From: an uncultured Puniceicoccaceae bacterium | Lineage (GTDB): Bacteria > Verrucomicrobiota > Verrucomicrobiia > Opitutales > Coraliomargaritaceae | DNA: 47,401 nt | Assembly (NCBI GenBank): GCA_964406045.1 | Contig: CAYOQD010000001.1 | Coordinates: 1 to 47,401 of the forward strand | Reading direction: 5' to 3' | The notes under the pieces: model-generated | What the model was told of the DNA's origin: nothing | Seen by the model: only the letters and a program-made list of their open reading frames with translations | Database searches by the model: none | Program-made: the position numbers and the translations under genes | In this document: one piece after another, positions 23,534-33,874 of the stretch | Layout: each line of letters begins with the position of its first letter | Numbering within the stretch: position 1 is the stretch's first letter

Positions 23534-24943
23534 CTACGCGAACAATGCAGCCGTGCGCTGCGGCACGGCATCAAAGGCGCCATTGGTAAAAAAGACAAAG
23601 ACCGCCCCTTCACCTCCAGAACGATCACTCTGAATTTGCTCAAACAGTGCGTCATTGCTCGCAAAAGCACGCGCCACACGCCCCTGCTCCACAAGCGCAG
23701 CCACCATCGCCGAGGTGTCCAAACGCTCATTTGCCGCCATCGAATCAGCGCGATGCACCGCGCCGAGATACACACGATCTGCAGCCGAAAGCGCATCCGT
23801 AAATGCACTCTGAAACAACGAAGTGCGCGCTGTATTACTGCGCGGCTCAAAGCTCACAATCAGCTCACGCCCCGGATACGCAGCACGCAACCCTTCGAGC
23901 GCACCGGCAATCGCAGTCGGATGATGCGCAAAGTCTTCCAGCACCGTCCATGCCTCAGAACGGTGCAACACATCTTGACGGCGCTTCACTCCCCCAAAAC
24001 ACGACAGCACAGCGAGATCAAATACCAGCGGCGAGGTATGCCCACAGCTAAATGCCGCCGCCAGCGATGCCATCGCCGCATTGCGCGCATTAAACAAACC
24101 ATGCATCGGCCAACTCACCTGCGTCCAGTGCTGCCCCTGCCAGATCAAATCGAAAGTCGCCCCCTCCGGACCATCACAGAAATTCGCGATCACCAAATCA
24201 TTATCCGCTCCGGTGCCAACACGCACCACCTGCGTCCACGGCGCCGGTAGCAAGGCAGCGATGTTCGCATCGTCCCCATTCACAATCGCACACCCTGCGC
24301 TCGGAATAATTCGTAGAAAATGGCGAAACGTGCGCTGCACATCTTCCAGATCCCGAAAAATATCGGCATGGTCGAATTCCAAATTATTCAGCACCGCCAC
24401 CTGCGGACGGTAGTGGATGAACTTGCTACGCTTATCAAAAAACGCCGTATCATATTCATCACCTTCAATCACAAAGGCCTCCCCGTCACCGAGCCGTGCC
24501 CCCCCCGGCAAATCATTCGGCACACCACCGATCAGCCACCCCGGCGCTGCACCCGCGGACTCCAACAAATAGGCAGTCAAGGTCGACGTCGTCGTCTTAC
24601 CATGCGTGCCGGTAATCACCACCGGCTTGCGACCGAGCAAGACCGTGTCGTGAAACAGCTGTGGCAACGAAATAAATGCGACCTCGGATTGATTGAGCAA
24701 CCACTCAACCTCCTCATTACCACGGCTCATCGCATTGCCCACGACGACGCGATCCGGCTTCAACTCGGCAAGGCGCGCGGCATCATACCCATCGAACACT
24801 TCGATCCCGGCCTCAGCCAACACATCCGACATCGGCGGATACACACCCGTATCTGCACCACACACTTCGTGGCCCTGCTCCCGAACCAACAGCGCCGCAT
24901 TCCCCATTGCCGTTCCGCAAATACCCATAAAATAAATCCGCAT
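23534..24943 (-). CDS. mpl: UDP-MurNAc:L-Ala-gamma-D-Glu-meso-DAP ligase (murein peptide ligase, MurC family)
   Basis: GICGTAMG, VYPPMS, GTHGKTTT, EGDEYDTAFFDKRSKFIHY, NNLEFDHADIF, DFAHHPTAI, FEPRSNT. Confidence 0.93.
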   Translation of the reverse strand: MRIYFMGICGTAMGNAALLVREQGHEVCGADTGVYPPMSDVLAEAGIEVFDGYDAARLAELKPDRVVVGNAMSRGNEEVEWLLNQSEVAFISLPQLFHDTVLLGRKPVVITGTHGKTTTSTLTAYLLESAGAAPGWLIGGVPNDLPGGARLGDGEAFVIEGDEYDTAFFDKRSKFIHYRPQVAVLNNLEFDHADIFRDLEDVQRTFRHFLRIIPSAGCAIVNGDDANIAALLPAPWTQVVRVGTGADNDLVIANFCDGPEGATFDLIWQGQHWTQVSWPMHGLFNARNAAMASLAAAFSCGHTSPLVFDLAVLSCFGGVKRRQDVLHRSEAWTVLEDFAHHPTAIAGALEGLRAAYPGRELIVSFEPRSNTARTSLFQSAFTDALSAADRVYLGAVHRADSMAANERLDTSAMVAALVEQGRVARAFASNDALFEQIQSDRSGGEGAVFVFFTNGAFDAVPQRTAALFA

Positions 24944-25066
24944 ACCTTTAGATCACTTTAGGCGGCGAAAAATACAAGCGACAAGTCCCTAAAAAATATA
25001 ATCAGGTATCAGTGATACAGTCGCCTGGAATACCTGGATCACCGTGCGCGAATAAAACGTACTACC

Positions 25067-26530
25067 TCAACTGGCACCACGCCCTTCAAGGACAGCGCGA
25101 ACGGTACGAACGAGGATCACAATATCGAGCCATAATGACCAGTTTCGCACATAGTAAGGATCCCATCTCACCATCCCGTCACTACCCACCTCACTGCGTC
25201 CAGAAACTTGCCAAAGTCCAGTAATCCCCGGTTTTACGCGCTCACGCAACCTTCGGACTGAAGCGGGCAATTGCTGATGATGGTAATTAGGTAATGGCCG
25301 TGGACCGATCAAAGACATCTCACCTCTCAACACATTGACCAACTGCGGAATCTCATCGAGCGAACTGCGCCGCAAAAATCTGCCAATTTTGGTGATCCGA
25401 GGGTCTTGACTCAACTTACAGCCACTCTCCCATTCGGCTCGCAATGCGGCATCCTCGCGCAGCGTCCTCTCCAATACAGCTTCTGCACGGGGAATCATCG
25501 TACGAAATTTCAAAGTCTCAAACACACGCCCATCTTCTCCAACTCGCTCCTGCTTGAAAATCGGATTCTCACGATCCTCAAGCCAGATTAATCCGCCGAC
25601 AAGCATACAGATCGGCGCCCATAGCGGAATGGTCAGAATTGTGAGACAAGACTCAAATAACCACTTAATCGCACACTTCCCGGGGTCCAACAGATTGTTG
25701 GACAATTCTAATCCCGGAGTGCCACTCAGATCCCGCGAACTCACCCACAATGAAGGTAAAAAGACCAGATTCGGGATAATCATCACTTTCAGATAACTCG
25801 CCAGAGAACCTTCCATCAATTCAGCGACACGCTCCCCATCGATCTGAGTAATCGCCAGTATCGCCAGCGGAACGTCATGAACGATGGAACCTGTGCTGCC
25901 ACAAACTGGCACACCATCAATCGCACCACCGATGAGCTCGGAATTATCATCAAATACACACACTGGGCGGTACCCCTGACCGGGCTCGTCCTTGAGGCTC
26001 CGGATGATGCTGCGGGCCACCACCCCTCCACCATAAATCGCGACGGGAATTCCCCACAGATGCCAGCGTATGAGTAATCGCTTGGCCAACATACGCATAA
26101 ATGGGACAAGTGGCACCGCAAGCAGGAACGCGCATACGATAGTGAAACGACTATTCTCGACACTACTCTTAGTCAAAAACAGCGCGACTGTAACGCCGGC
26201 AAAGACGAGGACCGTCAAACAAACCTGCCGCCGTAGAGATTCGACCGGACATAAGCCCCATGCGGGCAACAACCCCCATGCAAATGCGCCCATTGACCAA
26301 CATACCACAAGCCACACGACCCAAACCGGGCTCATTGGGCTCCCTAAAAATATCAGCCGAGCATACGCAGCCAACTCAAACGCCAGCACCAACCCTATAA
26401 TATCCGCAGCCAGCACCACCGCTGCATTCAATGCATACTGACTAAAGTAACTGAATCCAACCCTTAGTTTCGTCCTAAAATAGCAACCAGATGGTGCTAT
26501 ATCGACCTTCGCCCCAATTGCTACACTCAT
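25067..26530 (-). CDS. Polyprenyl-phosphate hexose-1-phosphate transferase (WbaP/WcaJ type), initiating enzyme of surface polysaccharide
   Basis: Four N-terminal TMs, CoA-binding-like domain, KFRTM, DPRITKIGRFLRRSSLDEIPQL, GEMSLIGPRP, KPGITGLWQVSGRS, YVRNWSLWLD. Confidence 0.93.
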   Translation of the reverse strand: MSVAIGAKVDIAPSGCYFRTKLRVGFSYFSQYALNAAVVLAADIIGLVLAFELAAYARLIFLGSPMSPVWVVWLVVCWSMGAFAWGLLPAWGLCPVESLRRQVCLTVLVFAGVTVALFLTKSSVENSRFTIVCAFLLAVPLVPFMRMLAKRLLIRWHLWGIPVAIYGGGVVARSIIRSLKDEPGQGYRPVCVFDDNSELIGGAIDGVPVCGSTGSIVHDVPLAILAITQIDGERVAELMEGSLASYLKVMIIPNLVFLPSLWVSSRDLSGTPGLELSNNLLDPGKCAIKWLFESCLTILTIPLWAPICMLVGGLIWLEDRENPIFKQERVGEDGRVFETLKFRTMIPRAEAVLERTLREDAALRAEWESGCKLSQDPRITKIGRFLRRSSLDEIPQLVNVLRGEMSLIGPRPLPNYHHQQLPASVRRLRERVKPGITGLWQVSGRSEVGSDGMVRWDPYYVRNWSLWLDIVILVRTVRAVLEGRGAS

Positions 26531-26910
26531 GGCACTGTTTGGTAAATTTGATTAGATGAATAAGTCTTTAAAATGTAGTCAACGAGGAGAAGATAAATTG
26601 AGAACAGATCGCAATACCGACGTCATCACACAAATAGTGCTGAGAATATGCTTAAATATCAAATAACCTTCCCCTGAAAATACGTAATTACCCGCGAGAA
26701 CATACGTTAATGCACGCACCTAAAATACACAAGTACGCTCGATCATATTTACTCAAATTACGGTGGCTCCCGAAGTGAAATGCCTAAATTTGACCATCCA
26801 ATTCGACAATTCTGAATTCAAGTTCAAAATAGGAGTGACTCCTTCGTCAGGAGAAAAAGTGAGTCTGACAACGCATTTCCACTTTAGTTAAACTGAATGT
26901 CGAACACCGA

Positions 26911-27636
26911 ATGATCGAGTCTACCACATCACAATGCACCCGCTTCGTCATCCCAGCGAAACGCATATTTGCTACCTTAATGGCAATCACCTGCACCCTT
27001 TCTTTACTTGGCTTTTTATCGCCACTTACAAGCGAGATTCCAATCGAAAACAGCTGGCTACAAAAGTGTAGATCGAGCTTCATTCGCTTGTTTGACATCA
27101 ATGGTGAAGCGAACATCACGAGCTGGTATTCATCATCAGCCCTCCTCATCGCTTCAGCATTACTGTTTGTAGTCACAGCTCTCAAAGCCAGTACCGCGGA
27201 CACGTATGTGCGCCTTTGGAAATTCCTCGCGATCATTTTCCTGTACCTGTCACTGGATGAAACAGCAATGATACACGAGATGTTCAACGAACCCTTGAGC
27301 GCAGCATTACACACCGGAGGCTTACTGTTTTACCCATGGGTCTTGATTGCTGGAGTCTGTCTGATTCTACTGTTGTTTGTGTATGCACGATTCTTACTAC
27401 ACCTGCCTGCAAACATTCGTCTGCTATTTATCTCCTCTGGCGTGATTTTCGTAATAGGCGCAATTGGACTCGAGTGCTTGGGCGCAGCCTACTATGATTC
27501 GCAGGGTATCACCAGTGGTCTGGCTTACAGGATCCCCATGACAATCGAAGAGTTCTTCGAAATGACGGGAGTCGCGATCTTTATTTATGCACTGATACGG
27601 TACCTCAACGAGCATGTGATTACAGACGCATCATAA
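26911..27636 (+). CDS. Uncharacterised polytopic membrane protein (about 6 TM), paralogue 1
   Basis: Hydrophobic helices with EANITSWYSS, LSLDETAMIHE, GAIGLE, IEEFFEMTG. Confidence 0.8.
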   Translation: MIESTTSQCTRFVIPAKRIFATLMAITCTLSLLGFLSPLTSEIPIENSWLQKCRSSFIRLFDINGEANITSWYSSSALLIASALLFVVTALKASTADTYVRLWKFLAIIFLYLSLDETAMIHEMFNEPLSAALHTGGLLFYPWVLIAGVCLILLLFVYARFLLHLPANIRLLFISSGVIFVIGAIGLECLGAAYYDSQGITSGLAYRIPMTIEEFFEMTGVAIFIYALIRYLNEHVITDAS

Positions 27637-27722
27637 AAACAGCACAGACGACATACACTCTAGAGCCACCAAGCGTCATTTAATCTGACCTTGAACCGTA
27701 ACAACTGAATACCCCATCCAAC

Positions 27723-28433
27723 ATGAAAGAGGCCGCGATAGAGCTACCAATCAGAAAGGGAACGCTCCTCCGTTGGCACATCGGGATCGTCATCGCGATC
27801 CACGTCGGAAACATCGTAGCGCTCTGGCTGCGCTACGTCACAGTCGATTTCAGAGGCCGCGTCCGCGATACCATCGTGAGCTTCCTCAGCGTCAGCGCCG
27901 AAGGGAAGCTCGGGACCTTTTTCTCCGGCGTCGCCCTGCTCGCCTGTGCCCTGCTCCTGGGGATCATCGCGTACGCGAAATCCCAGGAGCGTGAGCCTCA
28001 CAGGACACTCTGGGCCCTACTGTCACTGATCTTCCTCTACATCGCGTTCGATGAAATGATCCAAGTGCACGAGGTATTCGGGCCGCCCCTCGGCATCGCG
28101 CTGGGAGCCAAGGGCTTACTGCGCGGATGGGCGGTCCCCGGCATGATCGGCATTGCACTCATGGGACTCGCCTATCTGCGATTCCTGATCGACCTTCCGA
28201 GGCGATCACGCGTGCTTTTCATCATTGCCGGCGCGGCTTACGTCTTCGGTGCACTGGGAATGGAGCTCGTCGGGAACTGGTATACAATTGATAGACCGCG
28301 GGACCTCACCTACGGGATCATTGCGACGATCGAGGAGATCTTCGAGATGGGCGGGATCGTCGTCTTCGTATACGCCCTCTTGGATCATCTGGAGCGAACC
28401 GTCAGCCAAGGCGTGCATGTGTCCTTTCGCTGA
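27723..28433 (+). CDS. Uncharacterised polytopic membrane protein (about 6 TM), paralogue 2
   Basis: Same motif series as upstream gene: EGKLGTFFS, IAFDEMIQVHE, GALGME, IEEIFEMGG. Confidence 0.8.
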   Translation: MKEAAIELPIRKGTLLRWHIGIVIAIHVGNIVALWLRYVTVDFRGRVRDTIVSFLSVSAEGKLGTFFSGVALLACALLLGIIAYAKSQEREPHRTLWALLSLIFLYIAFDEMIQVHEVFGPPLGIALGAKGLLRGWAVPGMIGIALMGLAYLRFLIDLPRRSRVLFIIAGAAYVFGALGMELVGNWYTIDRPRDLTYGIIATIEEIFEMGGIVVFVYALLDHLERTVSQGVHVSFR

Positions 28434-28683
28434 CTAGTTGCTACTGCGCAGTATCAACGCAACGAAACGCTGCGCGTGGACCTCGAGCAGCATGCCCCCA
28501 CGATCGATTCGTCAGAATCGACTCGTTTATATGGGGCATCCGGTTGCAAAGATACTTTTCTTATTTTATTTAGTAACAGCACATTACGTTCGTTCGACGA
28601 TTTCGTAATATTAGCGGATCAGCCGGCATTGAAGCACCAGCTTTCGTTTTTCAGCGAGTACCCTCAACAAGGAGATCTAAGCC

Positions 28684-31600
28684 ATGACTCAAATAATACC
28701 CCGCGTCCACCTGGCCACCATATTCCGACTCATCATAACAATAATAGTGGGACCCCTGACCGCGACGTTCATAAACGCAGGCACTCTGGTGAGTGATGGG
28801 GGGCAGTGGAAAGTCAGGCAAATCAACACCTTCATTCGCCCAACCAGCATCGACATCGCAGAAGATGTCCTATTGGGTTTTTCCAATTCGGCCGAGGCCT
28901 GCCAAGTCGTCGACCATATCGATTTTGGGGAAAACGGCGAATTCTCCGAAAACCAGCCTTTTCCCGGGCTCATCAATGGCGAGGATTCCTTCGTGGTCGA
29001 AGCCATAGCAAACATTCATGTCACCACTCCAGGCGACATCACCTTTGGCCTCGTGTCGGACCACTCCGCCCGTCTAAGTATTGACGGCGTCGAAATCGTC
29101 ACAAAGGCAACGAGCCTCACCAGCTTCGGAACTGTCAACCTCGCCGCAGGCACGCATTCGGTTCGTGTGATCCATTACGAAACAACAGAGGATCAAGAAC
29201 TGGAGGTATTCATCGCAACGGAGCTCGGGACCTTCACTGATATCGGGGCAACCACCTTCGAGCTACTCGATGCCTCCGGTAGCTACGCGCCCACCAGTAT
29301 TGCACCGCCCCAAATGAGCTTCCCCGCAAATGCGGTCGCCAGCGCGGTCGTCGCGGAATTGGCTCCCGTTGGCGGCACGGGCAGCAGCTACACATTTAAA
29401 ATGGGATATGCCTTGGACCCGTCTCCCGTCGAGCTTATCTCTACTGCGACGACATGGAACTACCTCGATGACGGCACAGAACCGGCTATAGACTGGACAG
29501 CAGCGGCATTTGACGATGCCGCATGGGGTACTGGCACCGCACCGCTGGGCTATGGGGATCCTGCCCCCACCACTGCCATCGAAATGGGTCCCAAGGAAAG
29601 CACCCGCCACCCCACTTATTACTTTCGCAAGCAATGCACCCTCCCCGCTGGTGAACTCGAACGCGTCGATGCCCTACGTATACGACTCCAGCGCGACGAT
29701 GGAGCGATTATCTATTTAAACGAAGTGGAAGTGCTCCGAACCGGCATGGGCGAAGGCACTGTAGATTACACGACTCTCGCCAATCAAACGACCACCGGTG
29801 CCATGGAGACCACCTTCTTCGAATTTGAAATCGACCCCGCGGCACTCGTCGAAGGCGAAAATGTGATCGCAGTCGAAGTGCATCAAGCGAACCTCGTCAG
29901 CTCCGATCTAATTTTCGATATGGTTCTAGAATACGACCGACGGACAGATATAAGCGGAGACGAGCAATATTTCGCGATTGATGGCAATCAACTCATCTTA
30001 GTTCAAGGTGCCGCCGCAATTCCGGCGATCGAGGACAATGAATTCAGCCTCGATATTCGTGTGACTGACGAATGCGGAGCCAGCGTTCAAGCCACAATCA
30101 CCCCAACAGTGACCGCCACGCAAAGCGCATCGCCGACCGACATCGCACTCGACAATAGCAACGTGCCCGAGAACGCTGACACCGGCACGATCATCGGATT
30201 GTTCTCTGCCACAGACGCTGATGGCAGTGGCACCCATGCATTTACATTAGTCCAGAATGGGACTTACCCCGATAATTCATTCTTCTCCATCACAGGCTCG
30301 CAACTACGGACAGCCGCAGCCCTGGATCCGACAAGCTATACAATTGGGGTGCAAGCAACCGACCCGACAGGCAATCACTATGTAGAATCATTTACCATTA
30401 CGGGCGATCCGGTCGATTCACTGATCACACTGTCTCCGAACACTTTACCGCTCAACGCCATCGCGCACAGTGCAGTCGGCACGCTCGACACGACCGACGC
30501 GTTCGGAACGAACCATAGCTATCGCCTGATTGCCCCACTAGATCCGGCTCCGGTTGCATTAATCAATTTTGGCGACACTTGGAAATACCTCGACGACGGC
30601 AGCAATCAGGGCGACGCATGGACCGCCCTCACATTTGACGATAGCGCGTGGCTTGCAGGGGGGGCACCACTGGGCTATGGAGACCACGATGGAGTCGCTC
30701 CCACTACCACGGTGAGTTTCGGCCTCGACGCAGACAACAAACATGCGACCACCTATTTCCGCAAGAGTTTCAATGTCACAGACCCGACCTTGATCGACTC
30801 GCTGGAGTTTGAGATCGCGGTCGATGACGGCGCGACCCTCTACCTAAACGGCATCGAACTCGTCCCCCACGTGCGTGCGAGTAATGTTGATTCCTTTGAC
30901 GATTACACCGGCGAAGGCGACGGCGGAGAAGGCAACCACGTATCACTCCTGCTCAATACTGCCATCAACCAAATCCTGCGAACTGGCACCAACGTGCTCT
31001 CTGTCGAAGTGCACCAGACCTCTGCGAATAGCAGCGACATCTGGCTCGACATCAGCCTACAAGCACACCTCAGAGCATCAGGCACCGATGCCGATCACTT
31101 CTACATCACCGGCGATCAAGTCTTCATCAATAAAGCTGCAGGCGTCCCCCCTCTCCTCGACGAGGCCACCTTCACACTCAACGTCGAGTCAACGAATGAA
31201 TTCGACGAAAGCATCACCGACACCGTCGTCATCACCATCGATGACGCTGCGACGAATACACCAAGCGACATCCAACTTAGCAACGACACGATGGACGAAG
31301 AATTACCGGCACTGACCATCATCGGCGAGCTAACAGCAGCATCGGGCGACAGCGGTGCGTTCACATATTCGCTACCGATCAATGACGATTACCCCGACAA
31401 TAGCCAATTCATGGCGGCAGGCGGTCAACTCGTCACCACGACCTCTCTCGACTATGACGATGGTGCAACACGCTCGATCCTGATCCGCTCGACAGGCAAC
31501 ACCGGCGCATACATAGAAAAAGCCTTCACCATCAACGTGAACCTCGTTCAGCAAGCTCCAACACTGATCACGCTCTCGAATCGCAGCTTCGCCTATGACG

Positions 31601-32769
31601 ATGACAGCGGCACCACCATCGGCCTGCTCGATGCCCTGGATGAAAACGAGGCCGAGCTACACACCTTCATTCCATGGCCCGAACAGCTCGGCACACCAAT
31701 TATCAACTATGGATCGACTTGGAAGTATCTCGACGATGGAACCGATCAAGGCACTGCATGGACCGCATCATTATTTAACGACACCAGCTGGCCCAGCGGC
31801 AGCGCAGAGCTTGGTTATGGGGATGGGGATGAAGCCACCGTCGTCGGCTTCATCGATACGGATACAGAAACACCCGACATCCAAAAAAATGCAACGACCT
31901 ACTTCCGGCACACCTTCAATATCGCGAGTCTGAATGGAATCAACGGCGCGCGAGTTCATGTAACCCTGGATGACGCCGTTGCCGTCTATCTGAACGGCAC
32001 TGAAATCTACCGATCTGCCAACTTAGCCCCCGCAGCCCTCTATGATGACTACGCCAGCAGCGGAGTCACAGACGATACCATCGAGACATTCGTAATCGCA
32101 GATGGCCTGCTACTGCAGGGCTCCAATACACTTGCAGTCGAGGTCCACCAATGGAGTGCAACCAGTTCAGATCTGAGTTTCGACCTACTGCTTCAACCCA
32201 TCGAGACGAACCCCTACGCATCATATTTCACAATCAATGAAAATGCACTCGTTACGAATGTCGATTTCTTAACTACCAGCGTCACACCTCCACATATATT
32301 TGAAATACCAATCGCGGCAGAAGATCCGGGCGGAAATATGATTCAACAAACATTTAGCATTGCGATGAGCACACCGTCCTACGACACCGACTTCGACGGG
32401 CTCCTCGACGACTGGGAAATCACTCATTTCGGCGACATCAGCGCAAACCCTACGGATAACTCCGACAACGACCGAGACACCAACCAACAGGAACAAACCG
32501 CTGGCACCGATCCGAACGACCCAGAGGACTTCCTTCACATCACATCCATCAACATTGTCGGCGGCATGCCCAGAATCGAATGGGAAGGCGTGCCTGGACC
32601 GACCTACAGCATCTACTACCGTAATGACTTAAGCAGTGGCACATGGCTGCTAATGGAAGGCGGTATCACCACTGTAAGCCCTGACACACTGACTAAAGAT
32701 GATCAGGAAGCACCACAGCCCAGCATGCGTTTCTATAAGTTGGAAGCTCAAGCAGCGCCTCTGCCATAA
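28684..32769 (+). CDS. Large secreted adhesin/lectin-like protein: PA14-like domain, three galactose-binding-like sandwich domains, five cadherin-like domains, Verrucomicrobia-type C-terminal domain
   Basis: Signal peptide; AAGGAG RBS at 28669-28674; 3x W(N/K)YLDDG...LGYGD...YFR...DD(G/A)...YLN...VEVHQ...SSD; PTDIxL...E cadherin starts; C-terminal DTDFDGLLDDWE...AGTDPND...RFYKL. Confidence 0.85.
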   Translation: MTQIIPRVHLATIFRLIITIIVGPLTATFINAGTLVSDGGQWKVRQINTFIRPTSIDIAEDVLLGFSNSAEACQVVDHIDFGENGEFSENQPFPGLINGEDSFVVEAIANIHVTTPGDITFGLVSDHSARLSIDGVEIVTKATSLTSFGTVNLAAGTHSVRVIHYETTEDQELEVFIATELGTFTDIGATTFELLDASGSYAPTSIAPPQMSFPANAVASAVVAELAPVGGTGSSYTFKMGYALDPSPVELISTATTWNYLDDGTEPAIDWTAAAFDDAAWGTGTAPLGYGDPAPTTAIEMGPKESTRHPTYYFRKQCTLPAGELERVDALRIRLQRDDGAIIYLNEVEVLRTGMGEGTVDYTTLANQTTTGAMETTFFEFEIDPAALVEGENVIAVEVHQANLVSSDLIFDMVLEYDRRTDISGDEQYFAIDGNQLILVQGAAAIPAIEDNEFSLDIRVTDECGASVQATITPTVTATQSASPTDIALDNSNVPENADTGTIIGLFSATDADGSGTHAFTLVQNGTYPDNSFFSITGSQLRTAAALDPTSYTIGVQATDPTGNHYVESFTITGDPVDSLITLSPNTLPLNAIAHSAVGTLDTTDAFGTNHSYRLIAPLDPAPVALINFGDTWKYLDDGSNQGDAWTALTFDDSAWLAGGAPLGYGDHDGVAPTTTVSFGLDADNKHATTYFRKSFNVTDPTLIDSLEFEIAVDDGATLYLNGIELVPHVRASNVDSFDDYTGEGDGGEGNHVSLLLNTAINQILRTGTNVLSVEVHQTSANSSDIWLDISLQAHLRASGTDADHFYITGDQVFINKAAGVPPLLDEATFTLNVESTNEFDESITDTVVITIDDAATNTPSDIQLSNDTMDEELPALTIIGELTAASGDSGAFTYSLPINDDYPDNSQFMAAGGQLVTTTSLDYDDGATRSILIRSTGNTGAYIEKAFTINVNLVQQAPTLITLSNRSFAYDDDSGTTIGLLDALDENEAELHTFIPWPEQLGTPIINYGSTWKYLDDGTDQGTAWTASLFNDTSWPSGSAELGYGDGDEATVVGFIDTDTETPDIQKNATTYFRHTFNIASLNGINGARVHVTLDDAVAVYLNGTEIYRSANLAPAALYDDYASSGVTDDTIETFVIADGLLLQGSNTLAVEVHQWSATSSDLSFDLLLQPIETNPYASYFTINENALVTNVDFLTTSVTPPHIFEIPIAAEDPGGNMIQQTFSIAMSTPSYDTDFDGLLDDWEITHFGDISANPTDNSDNDRDTNQQEQTAGTDPNDPEDFLHITSINIVGGMPRIEWEGVPGPTYSIYYRNDLSSGTWLLMEGGITTVSPDTLTKDDQEAPQPSMRFYKLEAQAAPLP

Positions 32770-32817
32770 CAGCCTGTCGGATGAACCGGAGCTTCAGCGC
32801 CCCCTGCCCAAAATGGA

Positions 32818-33831
32818 TCAGTTGATGGCCGTGCCAAATTTAAAGAATGTGGAGCTGACATCAGAATCACTATAAACTAGGCCGACCGACCAAACTCCCA
32901 ATCCCTCATAAGTCGAAGCAGTGATCTCGATTCGACTATCCGAGCAGACCCATTGCTGATCAACAAATGCAATATCAACGGTTTCCCATGTTTTCAGGTT
33001 TTCGGAGACATCCAAGGAATAATTGAGTAGCGGGTCGTTGCCGCGCAACTGAACAGTCAACTCAGTTCGACGAGCATTCGGCCCGGCCTCAACAGAAGCA
33101 GAGACTCGACCGATGGCAGGTGGCAACTGAAACGCATACTCCTCCAAATTACTACGACCGTTGCCATTGGAATCGAGGTACTTCGTCTCTTCCAAGCTAC
33201 CATCAGCCACCAGATGAATCGATTCCGCCCAATCTGAAAAACCAGAGTAAGCATTAAATCCTCCAAATTGAGCCATCAACTGAAGGTTCTCAGCTACCAC
33301 AGATTCAGCGGGATGGACTCGGTTCGTAAAAACCGAAAACGCATCTCCGGAAGTCTGCGCCTGCAGACTTCCGCTATCGCCCTCAAAATAGAGAGGGAGA
33401 ACCGTAAAATAACTATCATCGGTCGGCAAGCCATTCTCGAACGTATTCGTATCCCAAGCAACCAGAAACAGTGCTTCGCCTGCCACGACCCCAAACAGTT
33501 CTTGTTCATCAATCAACAGATCCGGGATCGCTGTATTCAGAAGGTAGCCGGAGTAAAATTCGCAACTGCTCGCAAGCACACAATTCACATTCGTGCCGTC
33601 ACTCAAAACAGCACCGGGGCTGACGAGATCGCTGGGGGCATCCGGCATAAACGTCTCAAAATCGATTAACTCTCCCACACGTACAGAGAGCAATACCGCG
33701 CAACCAGAGTCACGCTCAAGAACGCTCCCGGATTTGCCGGTAAAGTTAGTCAGCCCACCGCCCCAGTCTAGCCCCGCAGAAGCGATCGAAGAGTAGAAGG
33801 ATAACAATAGAATAAGTATGGTTCTGTTCAT
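32818..33831 (-). CDS. Secreted protein of unknown function with Verrucomicrobia-type C-terminal domain
   Basis: Signal peptide (ATG 33831); C-terminal FSDWA...DSNGNGRSNLEEYAF...YSLDVSENLKTW...TFFKF. Confidence 0.75.
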   Translation of the reverse strand: MNRTILILLLSFYSSIASAGLDWGGGLTNFTGKSGSVLERDSGCAVLLSVRVGELIDFETFMPDAPSDLVSPGAVLSDGTNVNCVLASSCEFYSGYLLNTAIPDLLIDEQELFGVVAGEALFLVAWDTNTFENGLPTDDSYFTVLPLYFEGDSGSLQAQTSGDAFSVFTNRVHPAESVVAENLQLMAQFGGFNAYSGFSDWAESIHLVADGSLEETKYLDSNGNGRSNLEEYAFQLPPAIGRVSASVEAGPNARRTELTVQLRGNDPLLNYSLDVSENLKTWETVDIAFVDQQWVCSDSRIEITASTYEGLGVWSVGLVYSDSDVSSTFFKFGTAIN

Positions 33832-33874
33832 ATTAGTAAATGTGCTAAATCGTTTATATTGCATGCGCATGCCC

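Noticed and set aside
28437-28539. Hairpins after the second membrane paralogue as an ncRNA or terminator
   Set aside because: Two imperfect stems are present but have no U-tract and match no RNA family I recognise.
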